This document shows, piece after piece, positions 52,543 to 64,000 of a stretch of DNA of 64,000 nt (position 1 is the stretch's first letter; each line of letters begins with the position of its first letter). The stretch is from the human T2T-CHM13v2.0 reference genome, Homo sapiens: assembly GCF_009914755.1 (NCBI RefSeq), contig NC_060934.1. The stretch is one strand, 5' to 3'. The notes under the pieces were generated by a model that saw only the letters and a program-made list of their open reading frames with translations, was not told the origin of the DNA and searched no databases. Both the position numbers and the translations under genes were made by a program.

Positions 52543-54770
52543 GTATGTAACCTTCACAAGATGTAGGCCAGGCCTGGGAGGCCCAGTCCTCCTGGGTACT
52601 TTAGGGCCAAGCAGATAAAAGTCAAATGTTCCAACTCCACATGGGTTGTCCTTTTATTCAGCAGAAGGCTCTGAGATGCGTGGAATCACACCCCAAAGGT
52701 TTCACTGTGTCCGGTGATTCCTTGGCTGCCTTTTTTTGTGCTGCTGAAGAGGCAGGCAGCATATTGAGCCTCATCCATTTCACACGAGTTCCTATGAGAG
52801 AGCCGTCATATTTTCACTGTGTTCTTTTCATTTCTCACGGATACCTGTGCAGACAGGTCAGAATACTCTTGGGGAAGGAATGAGATGAAGCCTGCAAGAG
52901 TGTTTTGGGGTGTCTAGGTGTGCTTTCTTAGGATAAACACATGTCCCAAAACATTCGTCGAGTCACAGGTAGGGTGTGTGTATGTGTGTGTTCTCTTTCT
53001 TTTGTCTTTTTATGAATGGGAGCTTTAAATATTTGTGATGATAATTTCTCCCGGATGGTGTTTCAAAGCAATTTAAATACTGCTGGTGTGGAGTGGGTGG
53101 GAGGAAAACTCTCTGACAACTGTTCCAGTCTTGGCAAAGGTAAGTGTGATCTTGTATATTATTCCAGTGGAGAATACAGGCAGTTATTTCCTTTCTCCCT
53201 AAAAGGTTATGCCTTGCGCCTGGTTTGGGGGCTTGGAGGAAAGAAGTAAGAGGTACTTGGAAAGCAGGTGTCAGTGGGATAAGAGCAGGGGTCAGGCAGG
53301 ACGATTGCTTTTCCTCCTAACAAGCTGGTGCCACCCAGGGCTTTTTCCTCCATGCCCTCCTTGAGAGCTGTGCTGCCCTCTGAGTGGGACAGACTGTCCT
53401 GGGGTCAAAGGAGAGATAAGAACCTGAATTCCATTCCAGGGCCCAAGCACTTTCCTGCTTCTAGGCCTTGGAGTCTTCATTTCCCACAGCTGAGTCAGGA
53501 TACTTGGGAATTAGGAATTTGTAATTGGAAAATGGAACACAACTCTGGAAAATGAACACAACTCAGGGTAATAAGGCACGAGAGGTGGAAGAGGATTTGT
53601 TTGAGGTCAGCCAGCGGAACTCCTTGGATGCTGCTCGGGAGCACATGGCCACACAGAGCTGTGTTGTTTCCAGGAAAGGGGCACCCTGAGGGTTGTAGTG
53701 GATGGAGAGTGGCCGCTGTCTGTGTATTCTTCCTTACTCCCAAAGGGTTTGTGTGCATCTGGGGAGAGGTGGAAACTGACAAGTTGTAAAGTAGTACACA
53801 GGGATGAGAGGAAGCCAAATAAATACATGCTGACTCTAGAGAAATGAAGGATGTGTTTTTTGTTCCAGTACCTAAGGAGAGGACCGAGTGCGTGGCCTTG
53901 AGTGCTCCAGCTTCCCAGAGCAGACTTAGGCAAAAGGCTTCCTTTCCTGGGCATGGAAGGAGTTCCTCCTGTGTGACCAGCCCCCAGGGGCTCAGGGCAC
54001 TGGAGCTTGGGTTGTGGTTGCCCTGAGTAGTTAGTGGGAGCCGGATGTGGATTTGAGGAGGCTGGACCCCGTGAGGGAGCATCAGTGCATGTGGATCATG
54101 GGACTGGGCTATTGGGTTTGAGGAAACACAGCCATCTTTGTGATGTCCAGGGGCCCTGCCTTTCTTTGGGAGAGGAGGTACTGGACCTTGGGAGGTGTGT
54201 ATGTGTGGCAAGAAGGGGCTGTTGGCTCTGAGGGGCTGGATCTATATGGATTTATTGTAGGAAATGACACATACTAGATGCAGGAAAATTTCGTAAGGGG
54301 GTGGCTGAAAAGTGGATTCAGAGGGAGAGCACTGAAGATTTGTATTTTCCTTTGTTGAGAGGAGAGACATTTCTGTAGTGTTGAGTTTGAGTTGGTTTCA
54401 CATCTGGTCAGGAGCCTGTTCTTGTCCGTGTTGTGGTCAGTGTGTGAACTCCACACTGGACAGTAGCTGAGTTTGGGCAGGGATGAGGAGTGGAGGGGTG
54501 AGGTCTAAGGTTCAGAAAAAGTTTGTGTTTAAGAACTTGGTTACACTGGAGTCAGTTGCAGACCAGAATGGAGAAAAGCACTCCTGACTTGAGTTGGGTG
54601 TGCTTGGGACTGGATCACCTTTGACCTTCTTTATTTACCTAATTGGAGGGAAGAGCAGGGGAGGCAACACTATTTCTCTTGGGTGTTAGAAGAAGATTCG
54701 AGCTTATTTGGGCACTGGTCTCTATCTTTGCCTTCAGCTGAATCAACATCTAAGATGTTTTAGATGCTTA

Positions 54771-55224
<454 letters not shown>

Positions 55225-56157
55225 TCATGATATCCAAATGAAATATTGTAAATCCACATCCCATGTTCTATAGAAAGTTTCTACCTAGGCCCCTCTGCCC
55301 CTCACTATATCCGTGGGATTGCAGGGAGCATGTTTCCCAGTCAGGCTGCCCTGCACCCGGCACACCGCAGCTCCCTGACCATCTTTCGGCTCTGTTGTCT
55401 GCTATTCTTCCTCTTGAGCAGCCTGCCTGGCCCCACTCTGGACACACCCTTCATTTCTCCAAAGCCCAACACCATGTTATTATGTATTGACTTGTACTGC
55501 CAGCTGAAGGTGTAGTGAAGAGGGCTGGGTGGTAATTGTGGCACACAGCAGGAGATAAGGTTGAGATAGCACTGTTTCTGGAAATTTTTTGGGTTCTCCT
55601 TGCCACAGAGAATTTCTCCCTGGCAGTGCTTCTAATTAGGGTCAGGCCTCCTGCATGTGACTAATGCCTCTTTCTCCCAGGCCCTTTCTCTCTTTTCCAT
55701 GCCACTTACCATCTTTCCAGAGCTATCCTCAGAAGCACAAAATTCTTCCTTTGTTATATATAAAAAAATTAACCCTTTCCTCTACTTTTAGAATATCTCT
55801 ACAGGCTTTCTTTCTTTTTTTTTTTCCTCCAAAGAGTTATATCAGGATATTGCCTTAAACAGAGCAATACCTTGATAAATAAAAACTTTGCACTCCTCTA
55901 GGTTGCAAGATCAGCTGCAGTCCATTTGTGTTTTAGGGCAAAGTTTACTTTTAGGCAAGGAGTTCTGTTTATTCAGTTTTTATATAGCTAATACAGGCAC
56001 ATGGCACAACCTTTAGAAGGAGCAAATATGCAGTGAGAAGAAAGTCTCATTTACACCATGTCCTTTAGCCTCCCAGTTTCCCTTTGCACAGCTAAGTATT
56101 GTTACTCAGTTTTTGTGTCATCTTCCAGAGATATTCCATGCATATACTAACATATGA

Positions 56158-57925
56158 TTTTTAAATTTTTTCCAACTTTATTGAGGCATAATTGACAGCT
56201 AAAAGTTGTATCTGTAGCATACAACATGATGTTCTGATACATGCATACATTGTGAGATGATTACTGAGCTGAAGCTAATTAACATATCCCTTACTTCACA
56301 CAGTTCCCTTTTTTGTATGAAGAGAACATGAATGATCTATTGTCTTAGCAGATTTCAAGTATACAATACAGTAATATTAACTATAGCCACCATGCTGTAC
56401 ATTACATTATGTTTAAGTTCTTGATCTATTTTGAGTTGATTTTTGTATATGATCTGAGAAAAGGGATCAATTGTTTTGTATATGGTGTGAGATAAGAGAT
56501 CAGTTTTTTCTTCCACATATGGATATCCAGTTTTTCTAACACCATTTATTGAAGAGACTGTTCTTTCCCCTTTGTGTGTTCTTGACACCTTTGTTGAAGG
56601 TCAATTGACTGTCAATGCAGATTTATTTCTGGGCTCTCTATTTTATTCCGTTGGTCTATATGTCTGTTTTTATGTCGGTATGTATTGTTTTGATAATTAT
56701 AGCTTTGTAGTATGTTTTGAAGTCAGGTAGTGTGATGCCTCTAGCTTTGTTCTTTTTGCTCAAGATTGCTCTATTTGGAGTCTTTTGTGTCACATGAAAT
56801 TTAGGATTTTTTTTTCTATTTCTGTGAAAAATGCCATTGGAATTTTGATAAGGAGTGCATTGAAACTGTTGATTGCTTTAGGTCATATGGGATATCTTCC
56901 TTTATGTGTGTATCCTTCAGTTTCTTTCATCAATGTTTTGTAGTTTTCATTGTACAGCTCTTTTACCTCTTTGGTTAAATTTATAGGAATAAATTTTATT
57001 CCTATAAAATATTTTATTTTTTCATGTTATTGTAAATGGGATTAAGTTTTTTGGATAATTCTTTGTTGGTGTATAGGGATGCAGCTGATTTTTGTGTGTT
57101 GATTTTGTATCCTGCAACTTTACTGAATTTGTTTATTCTAACAGTTTTTTGGTGTAGTCTTCATGGTTTTCTATGTATAAGATCATGTCATCTGCAAACA
57201 GAGACAATTTTACTTCCTCCTTTCCAATTTAAATGCCTCCTATTTCTTTTTTTGCCAAATTGCTCTGGCTAGGACTTCTATTACCATACTGAATGGAAAT
57301 GGTGAGAGTGGGCATCCTTATTCCTGATCTTAGAGGAAAAGTTTTCAATTTGTTTCTGTTGAGTGTGATGTTAGCTGTGGGCTTGTCATATATGGCCTTT
57401 ATTATGTTGAGGTAGATTCATTCTATACTTAATTTGTTGAGAGTTTTTATTATGAAAGGATGTTGAATTTTATCAAATGCTTTTTCTGTTAATATGGTAT
57501 CCTTTATTCTGTTAATGTGGTATATATTATATATCAATAAATGTGGTATATCACATTTATTGATTGCGTATGTTAAACTATCCTTGCATTCCAGGGATAA
57601 ATCCCACTTGATGATGGTGCATGATTCTTTTAATGTGCTGTTGAATTTGGTTTGCTGATTGTGTTGAGTATTTTTGCTTGTATGTTCATCAGGGATATTG
57701 GCTTGCAGTGTCCTTGTCTGGCTTTGGTATCAGGACAATGTTGGTCTTGTTAAGTACGTTTGAAAGTGTTCCCTACTCTCCAATTTTTTGTAAGTGTTTG
57801 AGAAGGATTGATGTTAATTCTTTAAATGTTTGATAAAATTCACTAGTGAAGCCATCAGGTCCTGGACTTTTCTTTGTTGGGAGATTTTTGATTATTTATT
57901 TAATCTCCCTATTATTGATCTGCTT
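56158..57925 (-). mobile_element. L1M LINE (3' end plus degenerate ORF2 region)
   Basis: CACCATTTATTGAAGAGACTG, AAGTCAGGTAGTGTGATGCCTCTAGCTTTGTTCTTTTTGCT, ATCATGTCATCTGCAAACAGAGACAATTT, GTATGTTCATCAGGGATATTGG; the minus ORF at 56355-56588 is a decayed L1 ORF2-like piece. Confidence 0.92.
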
Positions 57926-58982
57926 GGGTGAATTTTTTTATGTGGCTGGATTTGTATTTACTGCTTGCCAAGATGTTAGTTAAAAGAAAGGCACCAGGTT
58001 TCAACCACTCATATAAGGAACATCCTTCTTTGTTGTCTTGTCATTCATTCTTATCCATCCACAATCATTGTTAATTTCATTCATAAAAGAGATAGTTCTG
58101 CTGATTCTACTATGGCCACCTGTTTATGCTGGAAAGGAGGGTAGTTATGAACTTATAAGTTCTGGACTTTTGTTTGAAGTTACTGTATGTATTTTTTTTC
58201 TTCTCATTATACGTCAGAGTCTTCTTTCCTGCATTAACTATGGCAAATCCACTTCTGTGTTAGTTGGATTGTCCAACAGTAAACTGGTGACCTCTCCATG
58301 TAGAAGGTCATGGATTTCAGGCTGTATTGTTTTTGTGACTCTTTTCTGGGGGAGAATTAAAGTTACTGGAGCCAGTGTGTACCCTGTCACGTTAGAAATT
58401 GGAAATGGAAGCAAGAAAACAGGCCCAAATGAAATTTCTGGCTCCCTTAAAAGGCTCACACGTTCCTCTTTTCTGCTTTTTCAGCCTGGATCTGATTCTT
58501 CCTGCTGTGATCAGCCAGGAACCAAGTCAGCCATAGTGACTGTGAACTGGATTGAGTTCTCTGGACTCAATTCTCAGGGTCAGGGTCTTGCCATCCACCT
58601 TGGAATGAGGATAGAGGGTTTAGGGAGCTGATCAGGTAACAGGCAGGGGGCATGACATTTTGTCCCTTGAAATTGAATGCATTAGTGAATGTGAGTCCAA
58701 TGTCTAGTGTGAAATTGTATTTAAGATCTTTATTTTTTAAGATAATTTTTATAAGAGTAACAGTAATTAATATAGAAATATTGGAAAACCCAGAGAAAGT
58801 ATGGAGGAAACCATCTTCCTCTGAAGTCACTGATAATCTTACCAACCAGAAATCACCATTGTTATCATTGTATTGTCTTCCTAGTCTTTTACAATGCCAA
58901 ATACTTTAAAAAATGATGCCATTGTTTACATTGTGTTGGAAGCATTTCCCCATCTCAATAAATACTTTACTGCGTTACAATG

Positions 58983-59287
58983 TTTTTTTAAGACAGGGTC
59001 TCACTCTGTCACCCAGGCTGGAATGCAGTGGAACGATCATGACTCACTGCAACTCAACCTCAACCTCCCAGGCTCAAACGATCCTCCCACCTCAGCCCCT
59101 TGAGTAGCTGGGACTATAGGTGTGCACCACCACCATGCCTGGCTAATTTTGTTGTTGTTGTTGTTAAATTTTGTAGAGGTGGGATCTCCCTATGTTTCCC
59201 AGGCTGGTCTTGAACTGCTGGGCTGAAGTGATCCTCTAACCTCAGCCAAAGTGCTGGGATTACAGGCATGAGCCACCATGCCCAGCC
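58983..59287 (-). mobile_element. Alu (AluJ-like) with internal (TTG)n
   Basis: Reverse dimer. Confidence 0.92.
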
Positions 59288-59579
59288 TGTATCACAATTG
59301 TTAAAGGTTTCTCAAGTCTTTCCTTAGTGTTGGACATTTAGTTTGTTTTTTTTTTCCAAATTTCTACTATTATAAATAGCTCTAATATAAATATCTTTGT
59401 AATACTCATTAATGAGTATGTCTCTGATTAGCTGCTTTGACAAATTTCTAGACAAAATAGGGCAGCTTTGGTACAGATGTCAGATTACCCTCTGGAGAGG
59501 TGATACCAGTTTCTTCTTCCAAGAGTATTTGAATGTCCATGGTCCCAAATTCTTCCTTGAGCTTGCTCATATTTTACCT

Positions 59580-59990
59580 TTCCTTTGTTAATTAGTAAAG
59601 ATAATTCTGTGCTTTAGCCGGTGTTGGTTCCTTAATCTGCTCAATGCAAAGAGGACATTTTAATGAACTGTTCCAGCTTTTTAGTTTCCCATCTCCCCTG
59701 ATTGGGGCAGGGCAGAGTTCTCCTTGGTGGCCCCATTCCCCTCCCCCAGGGGCCCTGAGTGGGCTGCCTGCTTAGCTTGTTGAACACAGCAGGCAGAGCA
59801 GAGCTCCCATGGCAAACAGTGATAAATATTCCCATGTCAACCTGGCAATAAAAGCGAGAGGGTTTAATTGATCTATGGCAACAGGAAGCTTATGTTTTAA
59901 AAATTAAATTCTTTGCAGCTGCATCTTATTTTGCATCACTCTGATAAATGCATGGGCTGGAGAATTGCTTAGCAGAAAGTTTCTTAGGTA
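59580..59990. promoter_or_regulatory. Candidate intronic developmental enhancer
   Basis: Non-repetitive; TTAATTAG, TTTAATTG, TGTCAA, GATAA (x3), CTATGGCAAC, CAGCTG, TTTTGCAT. Confidence 0.4.
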
Positions 59991-61374
59991 GAGCTTGCTT
60001 GTTGCTTCCTTGGCTTTGGCCGGGATGAGGGTAAAGGGCTTTGGAGTTTGGGAAACTTCAGAAAAGAAACAGTGGCCTTGCCCTTTCTCCCCTGCTGCAG
60101 GCAATGAGGCAGACACCTGGAATACTGTCAGAGCTGCTTTGAGGACAGACACACCATACTTTCTGTGTCTCTGTTATGAACTGCTAGACAGAGCTGGGCT
60201 GTTAACTTGCTGCTCTGTTGGGAAGATGGGCAGTGTAATGAAAAGAACCAAGGCTTTGGGGTTGGACCATCCTGGCTTGAAACCCTGCTTCTGTCACTCA
60301 CCTGTTGGTTAACTGACTGTGGGCTAATTGCGGAAGTGTTGAGTGCTGTGTGTAATGTGCCTTCTAAATTACCTGGCATATAATGGGTCTTTAGTAAACA
60401 TAGCGCTTAGAAGATGGTGCTAGTGAGGCTAAGAGCCTGGGCTTGACCCTCCATGAGGGCCATTTCACTATGGTTGTCATTGGGGCTCCTCACAGATAGT
60501 CAGGATTTCATCTCCTTCCACACATAATGTGTTTGCATATCTCAGCGTTCTTTGGTATGAACACTGGGCAGAATCTGTAAGAGCCAGTAAATGATTTGCC
60601 ACTTCGTCTTTTAGTAATATGATCATCAGTCTTGGGTTCTGACTGGAATGAGTATAACCCTTTGCTTATCTGTTGTGGACATAGATTTTGAATGAGAAAT
60701 ACATCTGTGTTATAAGATTTTGGAGTTACTTGTTAATGCAGCATAACCTAGCCTATCCTAACTAATATAAATACCTTAGCTTTCCAACTGTCCCTGATAT
60801 TCCATAGGCTAAACCAGCTCACCTCATATATATTTTTTATCCCTGCCAGCTAGGAGCATATATTTGATCATGTTCCAGTGGGATTGGGGAGAGAAAATTC
60901 CCCACCCAGACTCTCAGGAGAACAGTTCAAAGGACATGTTCTGTTGGTAGTGGGTCTTCATTAAATACTGGCTTTGCAGCCAAGGGCCTTATTCATATTT
61001 ATTTCCAACCTCAAATGTAGTGGTCTTATTTGGGAAGCATGCTGATATTGGGGTAGGGGAGGCAACAGAGCTCATGTCTGTAAGCCTTGAGCAGAAGAGG
61101 TGATGGTAGAAAAGATAGACTTTAGAAGATAAATTGTTAGTGAATTTTCAATGTAGTTCTAGGGCACTGATATATCCTGACTGATTCCTAGGAGGCAAGG
61201 TTCTATGTATGTTAGAACCAGTGTTCTCTTTAAGCTGAGCAATGCAGTAAAAAAAAATATTTTTGTTCCAAGAATATCACTGGCCATCCTGGTGTCTCCA
61301 GCTACCACCAGAACATACAATGAAAAGATGAAGTGGAAAATGACGTGGTGGGTGATGTATAATGTCTCAGTTGT

Positions 61375-61590
61375 GACCAGCCTGGCCAACGTGGTGAAAC
61401 CCCATCTCTACTAAAAACACAAAAATTAGCAGGGCGTGGTGGTGGGTGCTTATAATCCTAGCTACTCAGGAGGCTGAGGCAGGAGAATTCCTTGAACCCA
61501 GGAGGCAGAGGTTGCAATGAGCCAAGATCACACCACTGCACACCAGCCTGGGCAACAAAGCAAGACTCCATCTCAAAAAAAAGAAAAAAG
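61375..61590 (+). mobile_element. 5'-truncated Alu
   Basis: Starts at GACCAGCCTGGCCAAC; right arm and A tail present. Confidence 0.92.
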
Positions 61591-61674
61591 TTTCACTTAG
61601 AAGACTTTGATTCTCTTTACTTGCACTTTCTGGAGTGACCTCCCTGCCTGTAGAAGTGTCAAAACAGTCTGACT

Positions 61675-61955
61675 AGCTTGGGCGTGGTGGCTCACACCTG
61701 TAACCCAGCACTTTGGGAGGCTCAGTTGAGCCCAGGAGTTTGAAACCAGCCTGGGGAACATAGCAAGACCCCATCTCTACAAAAAATACACATAATTAGC
61801 TGGGTGTGGTGGCATGCACCTGTAGTTTCAGCTACTTGGGAGGCTGAGGTGGGAGGATCACTTGAACCCAGAAGGTAGAGGCTGCAGTGTTTGTGCTACT
61901 GCACTCCAGCCTGGGTGACAGAGCAAGACCCAGTCTCAACAACAAACAAACAAAA
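61675..61955 (+). mobile_element. Alu (AluJ-like)
   Basis: Dimer with small deletions; TSD-like TCTGACT. Confidence 0.9.
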
Positions 61956-62577
61956 ATCTGACTCCATAAGGGAGGGAAGAGCACTAAGGCAGCAGGTTTC
62001 AGGCCAATGTGAGGGTGGTTTTTGTGGCACTCCCTCCTCCCTAAGGCTTCCTGACTTCCTGGATTTCTACCCAGAGAAAATGATACTTTGTGCCACGGTA
62101 AGACTGGCCCAGGAGGTGGTGGGCAACTGGAGAGAGTTGCTAAGGGGCCACAGGACTTCCCTGAGGTTCACTTTCTTGAATGATGATGATCCCTGTAACT
62201 TGCAATATAATTTAGAAAGTGCTTTCATAAACATTGTCTCCATATTTTCTGCAGCATTTGCCTCTAAGATAAGACATTCCTAGACTTTTGTATAATGCTT
62301 TTTATTTCCCCTCTCACCCATTTTACTGTCCCAGAATCTTGGGGTTTATTTTCCTGTCTTGTAAAGTCTCTCTCTCTCCCTGAGCTGTTGGAATTTGGGC
62401 CGCACTGCCCCACCCTCTCCCTCTGCCCTGCTGTCTGTTCTGAGGACATTATCGTGCATGTGAGTGGTGCTGCCTTCCACATTGTCAGGGTGGCTGTTAG
62501 GAGCAGTGGTGATTTGGGGGTGTTAGGAAGGAGACTGGAGAATTTAACCCTTTCAGACTTTCTACTTGCTAGACCTT

Positions 62578-62762
62578 CAAGTTCTCAACCAGGAAATTCT
62601 GCTACTATAGAGGGCATTTTATTGTCACAGTGATGGGGGTGGGCTCTATTAGCATTTAGTGGGTGAGGCCAGGGATGGCAAATGTTGTCAGGGCATAGGA
62701 CAGCTTTGGATGAAAGGAATCCTTCCCCCACTATGCCAACTGCAGCCTGTTGAGAAAGACCT
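62578..62762 (+). mobile_element. MER20-like hAT-Charlie DNA transposon
   Basis: GTTCTCAACC...TTGTCACAG...GCATTTAGTGGGTGAGGCCAGGGATG...AGGACAGC...GTTGAGAAA. Confidence 0.7.
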
Positions 62763-62905
62763 CTGGGGCCCTGTTGGAGATGGCTGGCAGAATGGTTCTC
62801 TTGATGAGCTTCATGATAAAGCAGACTTGCCAATAATACCAAGAGAGAAGACTGGCTCTACTCTCCAAAGGAGTCCAGGGACAGAGAGTCAGACAGATGA
62901 CATCA

Positions 62906-63247
<342 letters not shown>

Positions 63248-63249
63248 TT

Positions 63250-63395
63250 ATCAAGTATACACTACATGCCATGGCTGGGCAGAACACTTACATATGTTAT
63301 CTCATTTACTCCCAACAACATTTTGAGAATGGAGCTGTTCTTATCCACATTTCACAGATGAAGCAACTGAGGCCCAGAGAAGCAGAGTAATTGCC
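63250..63395 (-). mobile_element. MIR SINE
   Basis: CATTTCACAGATGAAGCAACTGAGGCCCAGAGA. Confidence 0.7.
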
Positions 63396-64000
63396 TGAGA
63401 CCACCCTGATGGTTAAATGGGAGAGCTGGGATAAACGGCCCCAGTGGTCTGACTTCAGCTTTACAGTTATCCTAAACTGCTTTTCATGGTGTAAATCTTT
63501 TTTCTGTGTGTGGGAGAAGACAGCTACTGCCAAGCCTGTATTTACTTTTGGGTGGGGATTGGGAGGGAAGTTTCCTTCTTTTTTTTTTTTTTGAATCATT
63601 AAAGCCTGTGGAAGTCACTATACCAGGGTCTGAGTAGATTTTGTTGCTCTGAGTTCAAGACCCTAGAGGCCCTGAAGTCATACGTATATAGCATTTCCTG
63701 CTCTCTCCCATTTCTCTAAAACCTTTCTGATTTGGAAAGTTTGGCGAGGCAGGACCTCATGAGGCCTGGGAGGTGGGAGTTTCCCAGAGAACTTATCTTC
63801 TTCTTTCTTCCTCTCCCCTGCTCTGTGAGATGTGGTTCAGATCAGAGATCGCAGCCGTGGGACAAATGGCTCAACAACTGCTGACTGTGGTGCCAGCCTT
63901 GGGACTGGGGGACCTTGAGATGGACAACTGCATGCTTGAATTTTGAGTCTGAAGGGAAAAGAAGAGGTGCGTGGGGGTGTGTGTGTATTTGCACATGAAC

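Overview
Human (primate) genomic DNA. It is recognisable from the protein sequences as the ZNF503 / LRMDA (C10orf11) locus on chr10q22. The window holds the complete two-exon ZNF503 gene on the minus strand (NET/NocA-Elbow family repressor; spliced CDS 15155-15469 plus 12799-14424 = 646 aa). It also holds the head-to-head lncRNA ZNF503-AS2 (plus strand; splice sites inferred, with a reconstructable 195-aa spliced ORF) and the CpG-island promoter plus first two coding exons of LRMDA (45775-45804, 52442-52542). About 16 kb around ZNF503 is CpG-rich and has no transposon I could recognise. It contains AT-rich islands dense in PBX/HOX/MEIS/SOX/POU motifs. The flanks are ordinary Alu/MIR/L1/L2/MaLR/hAT-rich DNA. 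I found no CRISPR array, RNA gene or wholly new protein-coding system. The best new-looking signals are: a 6-codon uORF whose stop overlaps the ZNF503 start codon, with Met79 as the next AUG; a Hoxb1-ARE-like enhancer candidate; a homogenised inverted L2 pair; and repeated Alu insertion into one target site. Repeat boundaries and subfamily calls are by eye and approximate.
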